From: the human T2T-CHM13v2.0 reference genome, Homo sapiens
Length of the DNA: 64,000 bases
Direction: 5' to 3' (one strand)
Assembly (NCBI RefSeq): GCF_009914755.1
Contig: NC_060941.1
The number at the start of each line of letters is the position of its first letter. Position 1 is the stretch's first letter. This document shows, in pieces, positions 52,166 through 64,000 of the stretch. The translations under genes and the position numbers were made by a program. Under the pieces are notes generated by a model. That model saw only the letters and a program-made list of their open reading frames with translations, was not told the DNA's origin and did no database searches.

Positions 52166-55100
52166 CTACACAGAGAGAACACAAGGGGGGGAGGGTCTCA
52201 GCGGGGCCCCAGAACTCCAGCCCTAACTCGTCCTCTGACCCTAGCCCAGTCAGTACTCAGTGACACCCCTGCTCAGCGAGAGACACCACAAATAGCCTAC
52301 CAGCCCAGCCAGGCACGGGGGAAAGTGCCGGGGGCACAGCAGTGAACAAATCAAGCAGACCTGTTCCCCGCCACCAGGGAATAGTAGGACGGTCACGGGG
52401 GCTGACAGTCACGGGGGCTGACAGTCCGGGCTGCGGGCAGGACAGGCGGCCCTGGAAAGGTGGAGCAGAGCTGTCAGAGGGTGCTGCAGGCCACCTGCCA
52501 GCCTGCAGGGTGAGGAGGAAGGCGGGTGAGGGCAGCGAGGGTCAGGGGACCACAGGGCCGAGGTGGGAGAGGCGGGCAGAGGCCCAGCCACCCAAGACTT
52601 CACACCAGAGGGGGGGGGTGTGCTGACAGATCCCAGCTTCCGTGGAAGGCCTTTAACAATGTTTACCAAGCACTTTCTAGAGGGCAGGCAGTGCCTGCAT
52701 GGCACAGATGAAGTCAGTGAAGCTCAGGGAGCAAAGTGATTCGCTGCAGGTCCCACAGCAAGCCTCCTGACCCCTGGAGGACGCTTGCCGTGCTCACAAG
52801 GAAGTGCTGACAGTCCCTGGATCCTCACAAGAGCCCCACGTCACATCATGGGCAGGACAGGGACATCACCCTCATTTCACACATGTGGAAACAGCCCAGC
52901 ACTCTTGACTCCGAGGCTAGGTCCCAATGCCTGTTTTCCTCAGGGACCATTCAACAAACACACTTCGTCCCTCTCTGACCCTTCTCGTGTTATAACTCAT
53001 TTTCCCCAAATCCCCAACATCCCCACCACCAGCAGCAGCGCCAGCATGTCCTGTCCTTCAGGCCTAAAGCATCCTCTGACATCCTCAGTGACACCCCGCT
53101 CAGCCTGAGACAATACAAATACCCAACCACTCCAGCCAGGCACCGGGGAAAGTGCACCTGCCTGGTTCTGGGTGAGAGAGGGCAGTTGAGGAGGAGGAGG
53201 TACAGCAGCGACCATTTCTCCCAAACAAGAAGGGGCTGGGCTCTTCAATGGGGGCTGAGCAGGGCAGTGCACCCCACCACCCGCTCAGCATCCCTGCTGA
53301 AAGCCCAGCAGGAAGGCAAGGCCCACTCAGGAGCTGGCTGCCAACAGGGGAAGGGGAGGCACCTCCATCTCCCGCTTGCCTCGTCCTCTCCCAGGCGCCA
53401 CCATTCTGGTTCCCTGGCTACGGGGCTGGCCCAGGCCCTTGGAGTCTGCAGACTCCAGGCCAGGGAGCCGCCGGGACAAGCAGCCCTCTCCTCTGACCCC
53501 GGACGCCCGCCCCGCTCCGCTGACGAACGCAGCAGACAGCCCGGGCTCGTGGACACGCCCCAAACACCCGGGCAAGGGGTGGCGTGGGGGACTGGAGTCG
53601 GCTAAGGCCCCCTGGGGAGGAGAGCACCCACCTCCCACACTCTTACTGGCTCAGGCGCCCCAGAAAACCTGAGGCCTCAGGCCCTTTGGCCAATCAACAA
53701 CTGGAGTGTGAGCCAGGCCTGCTCCCAGCCCCGCCCTCCTGCAGAGGGAAGAGGCCGAGGAGGAAGCGGAGGGGGAAGCGTCCTGGGAGGGGAAGCCTCA
53801 GTGGTTTCCCAGCAGCCGGAGTTCAGGGGCTGGGCCAGCCAGCGGGCCTCTTCCAGATCTCCCTAGCCCTTCGGGAAGGGGCGATGCCAGGCCGGTGCAG
53901 GCCTGCTCCAGTGCGGGGAGGCCTTAGGTTACGCCCGGGAGAAAACCAGCCCTGCGCTCCCGCTTCCCACAGACCGCAGTGGCCAAGCAGCCTGCTGAGT
54001 TCCAGTGACAGGGCCCTTCTCAGTCGGGCACAGCCTCAGTTGTCCCCAGCCCCTTCCCCTACCCCAAGACAAGGCTCTGGATCCCAGGGCCTAACACAGA
54101 CCCTGCCTCCATTCCTTTGGCTGACACAGACCTAACTTTTCATTGGCCTTGAGACATGGACTCCACTCTTTATAGGCAGAGGAACAATCAGGGCCCTCCC
54201 TGAGTCACAAGGACATGTGGGACCCTAGAGTGCAAGCCAACCCCCATTCCCCATATTTTAAAGCAATCCCAAAGCTCACCTGGGAGGTAGCAACCTCCTT
54301 CTCACCTGCCCTCTCTCACCCAGAACCACGCCGGTACACCTCACAGGTGCCAGGAAGGACCCAGTTACACCTGGAGCAGCATGAAAAAGCTCCACAGGTG
54401 GTGAGGAAGAGGAGCTGCCCCTGGCCAGATCCAGCCCACCGGAGCTTCCTGTCCCTTCCCACCCAGCGGCAACCCTCTCCCTGTGCACTGGAGAACCACC
54501 AAACTGGTGGTGGCTGGTGCTCCCTCAGGAGCACCCTGCGCTTAGGCTCTTTAAAAGAATGTTCTGCACATCCACCAGACAGGGTGCGCCCCCTCACATG
54601 CTTCCCTGGGCTCCACCCAGAGGCTGCCCCCAAAGAATTTAGCATGCCCCTCTGCAGTGACCCAGGGGCCAAGGCTTCCGCCCACAGTCAAGAGCAGAGC
54701 CAGCGTGCTCCCTTCAACCTTCCCAAGTGACTGTGGCCCAGGTGCTCTGCAGGCACAGGGCTAGGGGTGGAGGAGTCCACACTGGTGGGCCCCAGCAGCC
54801 ACAGGAATTCTCCCATCTGCACGCTAAACAGGAGGCTTGGTGCCTAAGGCAGGCCCAGGGTAAGCCTTGGAGAGTTGGTCAGGAGCCTCTGGACACTCCA
54901 ACCAACTCCCTCGAAACAAGGCAGAAGAGTTGCATCTGAGCCACCTCTATGAACACTAGAAATGACCAGGCCAGGCCTTCCGTCTGGGCACCAGGATAGC
55001 TCTGCCCTTTCCCCTCTCTCTCACAGGCACACACATCTGCGGGGTCCTCATGTGAGCAAACTGGCTGGTCTAGGTCAGAAACCCATGCTTGCGGTTGAAA

Positions 55101-55649
55101 GGGAGAAAGGACAAGAGGATCCCTGTCCAGAGCTGGTCCTAGGTCCCGGGAAAGCGTTCTGGTCAGCAGGTTCACCTGCCATGCCCTTCCTTCCATTCGT
55201 CCTGCCCCAGCTCAGAGGACAGAACCTCAAGAGGGAGAAGAAAATGAATTCTGGAGGAGAAACTGCTGGGATCGGTTCCGGACACCCGTACATGAGTTTT
55301 TGAGTAGATCTAGCTTTCCGCACCCACTCATCTACAAAGACCTCTGACCGGCACACAGAAGTCGTGACCAGGCCGCTGAACTCGGCCTAAACACAGTGCG
55401 TACTCGAACTGCAACGTGTTGATGGCGGCAGCAGGTGACTTAATCTCTCCGAACCTTGTGCACGGTCTTCCCCTGACCCCTGTGCCCAAACGTAGGACAT
55501 TCTTGGTCACCAGGGGCACTCTCCACTGCCAGACCCTGCTCTGGACCATCAAGGCAACAGCCGGGGAGTGTGGGCGATGTCCCCGCCCATCACTTCTGCA
55601 AAACCCAGGCATCTGAGCCTCACATATCTCCAGTGACTCTTGACCTTGA

Positions 55650-58600
55650 GAGGCCGGTCGCCCCGACTAGGCCGCCGGCCCCGCAGCTCCCCCGCCCCTT
55701 GCCCGCTGCCGCTCCCCCCTTCCCCCACCCCCGCCCGCCGCGGCGGCGGCACACGGCGGCGCGCGCGCACACAACACACTACTACCTCCTGCATGACTCA
55801 TCATTGAAGCAACAATAGGCAGAGAGAAAGGAAAGGAGGGCGAAGCACTCTCCAACACAACCAACCCTGCCGGGGGATTCTGGGGGGCGGGGAGGGCACA
55901 GGAGTCCCCGGGTCCTGCACACACACCGTTCCAGAGCCGAGGCCCTGGCAGCACCCTGGAAAAGGGAGGTCTTTCCCGCCAGCCCCTCTGCAGCACCCTG
56001 AAGCCAGGGACCACCAACAGGGCGCGTGAAGATAGGAGTCATTAGTCTCTTCCCTTTCGAGGGAGCGCCGAAGTTTGCCCTTTCTCATCCTGGCTCATTC
56101 CAGCGTGGCCCCGGCTGATGCCAGGGGGCATAGTTGGAACGTTTTGGGGGTCAGTGGAAAAATGTGAGCTCTAAATGTCTCGTCGCCCTGCGATTCTGAG
56201 GGTTTCCCTTGCCTCGGGATCAAACACAGGAGGTTAGGGGCCAGAGCCGACAGGTGAGCTCGGCTCCTCCCTCGCAGGGCAAAGGCTCTCCCTGGGAGGT
56301 GCCCAGAGGCCGGGGCCCGGGCCCAGGCCCAACCCAGCGCAAGGCCCCTTGCCAGCCCCGCCCAGGCCCCGCCCCCGGCCGAGCGCGAGGCGGTGAGGAG
56401 GGGCCGGGCCGCGCCGTCCCCAGCAGGAGTGTCCCCGGTGCACGTGGTCGGGGGCGGAGCCCGTCCACGTCACCACCCGGTGTAACCAACGGGCTCGGAA
56501 CGCAGGCACACGCAACATTCCAGGCGAGAGCGGGTTTGGAACGCGCAGACACGCCACATTCCACACTGGCTAAAGCGGGGCGCAGCGAGGGGGGCCCGGG
56601 GGCTGACCCCCAGCGACCCGCGGGCCATTTCGCAAACGCCCAATTAGCCCGGCTTTCACCCAAACCCCGGACGCGCAGCCCAGCCCAGCTCTGGGAGGCG
56701 GGGTCAGGCGGGGCTGGCCAGGATCATAAGACACGCGATGTCATTTCATTCTGCAAAGGCCGCCTCCGCCCCAAGCGGCGCGTAGATCTGCCGGGAGCGC
56801 CCCCCGCACCCTCCCCACGGGGCCAGGGAAGCCGAAGAGCTGCTCCGCGTAGAGTAGTCCCCACCCCCACTCCGTTACACACACGCCCACTCGTGTGCTA
56901 TACACACGCCCGTGTACACGTCCGTTCATCTGCTCTTCCCGAGGCTCACATCACACATCCCCCGTGCACACACGCACGCACACGCGAGCCTGCCACCCCC
57001 ACGCAACACCATTCCTCACCCCACCCCCCGGCTCACACATCCTCAGTGCCACCGAGGGCTCCGCTGGCCCACGCAAAAGCAGCCCACCACAGAAGGGGCA
57101 CAGGGGTGCCACGCAGCCGGGGTGGCGCCCGCAGGAGCCAGGTCCCTCGCAGCATGTTAATGAATTCATTAATTAATTTCACTGCCCACATCACCCCTCC
57201 CCAGGCGGCGGCTCTCGCGGGGAGCCGTGCGCTGCCAGGCTCCGCAGGCCGCCCGGGAGGGGGCCCTGTCCGCGGTTTCGCGTGGGTTCGGGGACCGGGG
57301 TCACTCGCTTCCCCTTCCCCAGTGCCCCAGGGGCCCAGCCCGGCCGCTCACCACGTGCTCTCTGTTGTTGCTGCGCTTGCCATTCCAGGAAGCGGGCCGC
57401 CTCCAGTAGCGTCTCTATGCTCATCGCGCCGAGAGCTGCCGGGGGCGCGCCGGGGCCGAGGCTGCGGCCCGCGAGCCGGGCACAGGTCAGGCTGGCGGGC
57501 AGGCAGGAGGGAGGGATCACCTCCGGGGGGCGACAGGGCTGGGCGGCGCAGCGCACTCCGCAGGGAAGAACGGGGGAGCACGGGGAGAAAAATCAATGTC
57601 TCTCAAAATATTTGCAAAATATAAAATTGCAAATTTAAAAAAATGGGATGCAAAAAAAAAAAAAAGGCGGCACTGCCTCCCTTCTTCCCCTCCCTCTCTA
57701 CCTCCCTTCCGATGCCTCCCGCCCCGCGGCCCCCGGGAGTCCCGCCGACAAGAAAGGGCTTTGCAACAAGATGGCGAGGAGGCACCGACACACACAACAA
57801 GGGAAGGAGCCGCGCTGCCCCCGGCCGCCGCCCCCGCTACTACACCGGGGCCACAGCCAAAGCCCGGACCGGAGCCCCCGCCCGCAGGGCCGCGGCGTCT
57901 CGCGAAGGGAGGGGCGGGTCCTGCGCTGCTGGCCCCGCCCCCCGGATCCGGCGCGCGCACACGTGGCCCGGGCAGGGAGGGAGAGGTCCGAGCGGGGTGT
58001 GCGCGCCGCGGTTCCGCTTTCCTGCTGGCCCCGCCCCGGCTGCAAGCCACAAGTTGGGCCGGGGCGGTGCGTTTGGGTCGTTCACGACGAAATCTGTCCT
58101 GCTGGAGGGAGGGTAGGGTGAACAATTCAAGATTTAACAGAGTTCCAACCAGGATATTCCGGGTCAGGGAAACCTTGGGAATGGCAGAGACTGGCCTGAC
58201 CCTGGGTCTCCAAGCTCCACCCACTCGCGACCTAAATCCCGCAATCGCCGGGCTGTCGCAATTCCCCCGGGATCCGCCCCTGGGCGGAGCTGCCGGCGAC
58301 TGGAGACTGTCAAGAGAACCAGCGGAGGGAGCGGAGCGGCAGTCCGGCTCCGCGTTTTGTCTCCGTTCCTCCCCCCGCAGTGCGTTCGCATCCTATTAGG
58401 GGACGTCACCGGGCCGCGAGCCAATGGGCGGGCAGGACAACACGGCATGGAGCAGCTCCACATGGACACCCCGCGCCGCCAGCCTTCGGTTTAAAGGGCC
58501 AGTGTCTGCAGGTCACATTCGCGGGTGCGGATGGGGCCACTGGGCGAACCCAGGGTGGGATGCCGTAAGGGGAATCCCGCAGTCGTGCCCTGGCCTCTCC

Positions 58601-59000
58601 ATTCCTTTTCACCACCTTCCATTTAAAACCAGGCCTTTATCTTTCCTTCCCCTGAACTCCAGTCTTTGTCCACGCGTATTCGATGTGGGTGGAGATACGG
58701 ACTGTGCCACCCCATGGGCCACCCTTTCCTCTGGGGCCGGGGCCAGGGCGGGGAACACGAAGCGCCCGCAGCCCAGACCGGGGGGCGTGGCCCAAATCGG
58801 GAACAACAACGTGGAGGGCGGAAGCCCGGCCCTCCCCGCGCCTGGCGACCGGCGGTGGGCGGGGCGCGGGGGCGGGGTCCGCTGCGGCCGGCTGGAACCG
58901 CGCTCCCCAGAGGGAGGGACCCCCCGTCGCCCGCCCGCCCGCCCGCGTCTTCCGGGCTCGAGTGTTTAGGGGAGCTCGGGTGCAATCGGAGAGTTAGCTC
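55650..59000. promoter_or_regulatory. MNT: MNT promoter / exon 1 / intron 1 CpG island
   Basis: Dense CpG; GC boxes; CCAAT at 58421; GACGTCA at 58402-58408; E-boxes CACGTG at 56441, 57352 and 57960. Confidence 0.9.
57352..57424 (-). CDS. MNT: MNT exon 1 coding part (Sin3-interaction domain MSIETLLEAARFLEWQAQQQQRAR)
   Basis: ATG at 57424; donor CGTG|gtgagc; 73 nt. Confidence 0.97.
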
Positions 59001-60120
59001 TTTGAGGCCGGCTGCCCTTAAATCCTCTCACTTCACACATAAGGAAACTGAGGCCGTGACGGCCAAGGACTCGCCTAAGGTCGTTCCGTATTCCACCTGC
59101 TCCTCTCTCCCGAAGCGGGGGCACTCTTCCCTGACCCCAGGGACGACTCTGAAGCCAGTTCTGGAGGAGGGCCCCCAATTAGAAAAATGCCAGGGAGGAA
59201 TAGCAACCCTGACCACTTAACACACTGTGATTGGGGCAACAAAAATCTTCACCTGAGACCCAACTCCGCTGTTCTGCTTCCTCGGTGGAAGCCACACGAA
59301 CCCCACTGGTACAGCGGCAGCGATAGACCCCAGGCGGCTGAAAGCTTATTTGGAGCGTCCCGGAGCATGTCGATTGTGCTGTGCCAGTGCAGGGGGAGTA
59401 CCCCTCAGTTCTGGCCCCAGGCTCCATTCTTTGCTAACCGGTCCAAGAAGTGGGGGGGCAGTCAGTGCCAGTGGGTTTAGAACTCCTCAGCCGCGGCTTC
59501 AACATCACACACAACCAGAAAGCAAACCTTCATGAGGCTGAGAGGCAGGCCGCCCTGCCAATACATTCCATCACATGGCACCCTCGGAGCGTTCCTATTT
59601 TAGGGACTGGTTGGAAGACAGCTAGAAACATAGAAAGCAGGCAAAATGTTTGCTGGCTTTACTCCTTTCCTTTGAGGGCATCGTCATGCATCCTAGGGGG
59701 GAAAAATCTGCACAGATCCTGGAAATCAAGAACTTCGTGAACCAGAGGAAGGGGGCTGTTTGCCAGTACTAGTCTACAGAGGCCTCTGATCTTTTCACAT
59801 TTAATGCCCCAGCATCTAGAGCTGAGCATGCAGAAGTCGCCACACACACAAATGTCCAGGTAGGTACCACTGATTTTGCTTATGATGAAGCTGGAGCAAA
59901 GGCGGATTAGAACGGAACAGCCCAGTTCTTCTCCATGGGATGAGTGCCCCTTTGCTGGGAGGGCCAGATCTGTGCTGGCTCCAACATTGCTTCCTTTAAG
60001 GTGTCTGCCACTTGCCACCAGTATGGTTGGGCCTGGCCCATTCTGCACAACTAGAGAAAATGGAAAATTCAAAGGCAATATAATATATAGGCGGCAGTGG
60101 AACAGGGACTCTCAACAGTA

Positions 60121-60260
60121 TACAGACAGTCCCTGACTTGTGATGGTTTGACACAGGACTTTCCAAGTTTGCAATGGTTGTAAAAGTGATAATCTAGCAT
60201 GCGCTCAATTTAGGATGGGATTATGGCTGGTGAAACCCGTCCTAAGTGGAGCTGCATCTA
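60121..60260. mobile_element. Short TcMar-Tigger (MER47-like) remnant
   Basis: TA-CAGACAGTCCCTGACTT... and ...AAGTGGAGCTGCATCTATA resemble Tigger terminal inverted repeats. Confidence 0.55.
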
Positions 60261-60658
60261 TACATGATTGTGACCTGAGTTAATGCTTTTGGGCAAGTTC
60301 TTATTTTGTGTGGGGTCAGCACCGTGGTGCACAGTGCTCCATCCAGCTGTCCCTTCCTGCTCTCCTCAGGTGGCCATGCACTCATACAGCCCTGGAGTTT
60401 CTGCTGAAGGCTGAGGTTTAATTTTTTACACTCTTCTTTGTCACTGGCCAACTCTATACCAGTAAGTAGGCACCTCTCTGAAAGGCAGTGTTCTTAAGAC
60501 ACTGTTCGCTTCAGGGGTGAGGAAGCAGAAGGTAAGAGTAGAGTGAACACAGATTTGAATGCCAGCCTCTCCATTGCCCCCAATACTCCATCTGCTCCAG
60601 AGCTTAGTGGAGATGTTTGCTATTTAAAACAAACAGCCTTACTGGCTTCACATGATCA

Positions 60659-61093
<435 letters not shown>

Positions 61094-61416
61094 CTATTGT
61101 TGCCTACAGGAGCCTGAAAATGGCCAAAAACAATACCTCATCAACCAAGCTTTCCCCAGTTGAGGAATGGACAGTGGGGGTGGGAGATACCTATAAATGG
61201 CGATGTGAGGGCATGAAAGAAGAGGGGAATGAATAGGAGGGCTGTTTAATATTTTAGCCCCAGCTTCCTGTTCCAAGGGGGTGGAGCCAGGATAGAAGCT
61301 GGCAAATGTACTCACTCAAGAGAAAGAGAAATAAGTCCTTTTGGTTTCAGCAGAAAGGTTAGCAGGTTTGGGGAATTATCCAAAGGCCAGCAATCTCTAA
61401 AAAGGTGTTCCTTAAG

Positions 61417-61894
<478 letters not shown>

Positions 61895-62518
61895 TAATCT
61901 TTTATTCTTTTTTTCACCAACCACAATAAGAAGCACCAATTCCCCAATTTTTTAATATGCTGAGCCAGAGACATCCCCTTAGTGGAACTGTCTTCCTATC
62001 CCCCACCACTCACCTAACAAAGTATCAACTCCAAGAGCTATGAAAATCAGTGCCCTGACTCCTACAAAGCCTGAGTCATGAGATGGGGGAAAGGGCGTGA
62101 AGCCGAAAGTACAGATGTTCACAGGAAATCCCAACCCTTCAAGCCTGATGTCTCATCTTTTGCAAGCAGCTAAGGAGCTTTTCACATACCATCATTAAAA
62201 CAAGACCCATGGGAGGAAGCTGGCTGCAGGATGAAGAGGAAAAAACAGAAGACTAGTACACTCAAGACATACCAGAGAAGATCCATTTCATAAATATTTA
62301 TTGTGTGCCTGAGGTGCCAAGCACTAGGCTAGGTATGCTGTGGCCAAGGCCAGGGGACCTCTGGTAAGCCAGAGCGGGGCAAAAGCAAACAGAGCGGAAC
62401 TCCACTCCACTGTGATAACTTGCAAAAGATTAGTTCTGCTGTTCGCCACCGTGCTGGATGCAGCACCAGAGACAGGACGACACGAGGACCCAGAGGGCGC
62501 CGCCATGCTCATTTCAGA

Positions 62519-62823
62519 AGGTGCAGCCTCCGTGTCCGTGGGTCCGCACCCATGGAGGCAACTAACCGTGGATCAAAAATATTCAGGAAAAAAAAATGGA
62601 AAATATACAAGAAAAAATAATACAAATTTAAAAACCAACACAGCACAAGAACTATTTACACAGCATTTACATGGTATGAGGTATTTGAGTAGCGCAGAGA
62701 TGAGTTAAAGGATACCTGAGGATGTGCATAGGTTACATGTAAGGGATTTGAGCATCATCCATGGACAGGTATTCAGGGAGGCTCCAGGAACCAATCCCCA
62801 TTGGACAGTGAGAAGCAACTGTA
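62519..62823. mobile_element. MER2-family TcMar-Tigger element
   Basis: CTCCGTGTCCGTGGGT...AACTATTTACACAGCATTTACAT...GGAACCAATCCCC...CAACTGTA. Confidence 0.75.
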
Positions 62824-63107
62824 ATTCCGTTTTTCTATGTAGAGATAAAAACAAATTCAGTGGATTTAAGGCTGGGCCAGTCAACTGAGCCTGATTCCCC
62901 CAGTCTGAATGATGAGTGGGACTCTGAATTCCTTTGACAGAGGTGGACCCATTCAATCATCAGTGAAATGGGGTCCCCACAGCCAAAAGTTTCCACAGGA
63001 CTCTTTACCTCCTTTCCCCACCCCAAGTGAGTTGTCAGAGGACCTCTCCTGAACTCACAGAACAGGTCCAATCAAGTTCCACCTCCCCATTCATGTCCTT
63101 TCCAGAA

Positions 63108-63242
63108 GCTGGGCGCGGTGGCTCACGCCCTAAGTTCCAGCTACGTGGGAGGCTGAGACAGGAGAATCGCCTGAGCCCAGGATTTCAAGGCCAGCCTGGG
63201 CAACATAGCAAGATACTGTCTCAAAAAAAAAAAAAAAAAAAA
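63108..63242 (+). mobile_element. Alu monomer with poly-A
   Basis: Single arm and long A tail. Confidence 0.8.
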
Positions 63243-64000
63243 TTGCAGCCTCACATGATGTCATAGCTGGAAGAGCTGGGATCATGGGGTCTGACCTCCC
63301 AAGAGAAGGTGTATCCAAGGTCACAAAGCTGCCAAGCATCAGCTAGGTTGAGAAGTGGCCTGGTCCTCCTCTTTGGCTGGCTGGGCCAGGCCTGGGGAAG
63401 TGCTATCAGTGTGGGGTGTTGAGTCCCTGAAAGCCTCCCAGAAGTGGGTGAAGATGGAGAGGGAACTCCACCCCTCCTCGTTAAAGACAGGAATAATCAT
63501 TCACTTTGCTTAGTGGTCCCCAATAAACAAGCTTAGCAGATAAGCGGGAAGACAGGGAAAGGGAATCAGACTTGGGATCCAGGAGCTCGCAGGACCCTGT
63601 TCTGCCCCAGGCCACTCAGGAATGGAGAGCTGCTAGCTGGACCTGGGTAGGTCACCATTACTCACTGGGGCTTTTGTCTGGCATGAAAGGTGACGGGAGA
63701 AAGGGGCAGATTTTTATCCAGGCAGCCACCGTGGGTGTGGACACTGAGTAATAAGGAAAGAAATGCAGTTCAGAAGCAAAGAGGGAGGAGCCAGGTCCTC
63801 TGAGCTCTTCTGAGAAACCAGAGCCCAGTCGAGCTCTGCAGCTAGAGTGGCAGCTGCGGATGACAGTGGGTCAGAAGCTTGGTGGGAGGAGGCTGACCCA
63901 GCGGAAAGGCACAGGAGACGGATGACGATGTCAGGGATTCCTTTAAAGGAAAAAAGAGGTGGCTTTATGACAGCAAAACTAATTCAGGTCAAGGGAGTGG

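Noticed and set aside
56209-58399. 471-aa and 267-aa ORFs antisense to MNT exon 1 and promoter
   Set aside because: Stop-codon depletion in a very GC-rich island; low-complexity P/R/G/A translation.

Overview
Human genomic DNA, recognisable as 17p13.3, with two convergent protein-coding genes. On the + strand is SGSM2 (RUTBC1; RUN and TBC domain Rab-GAP). The window starts inside its long intron 2 and contains exons 3-24 (18301-36213, stop TGA at 36211-36213, poly(A) signal at 37727). On the - strand is the complete MNT gene (MAX-binding bHLH-Zip repressor): 6 coding exons, ATG at 57424, stop at 43600, 1749 nt = 582 aa, a ~2.8 kb 3'UTR and a CpG-island promoter. All exon boundaries were read from GT-AG sites and frame continuity; exon numbering and gene names rely on recalled annotation. 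Non-coding content includes many Alus, MIR/L1/L2/MER fossils, a 3.5 kb G-quadruplex-type 49-50 bp VNTR and a second CpG island inside MNT. The most interesting observations are: (1) a 10-copy 28-30 bp VNTR that multiplies the SGSM2 exon 4 splice donor, where any downstream donor gives an immediate stop; (2) the donor of the 42-nt, frame-symmetric MNT basic-region exon is itself the start of a (GT)18 microsatellite; (3) a 3'UTR-only retrocopy resembling CALR in MNT intron 4; (4) inverted Alus bracketing SGSM2 exons 3-11, a 1155-nt stop-free in-frame circle; (5) a locally templated copy of an Alu fragment. No new protein-coding system is supported by the sequence; the findings are regulatory or structural hypotheses.
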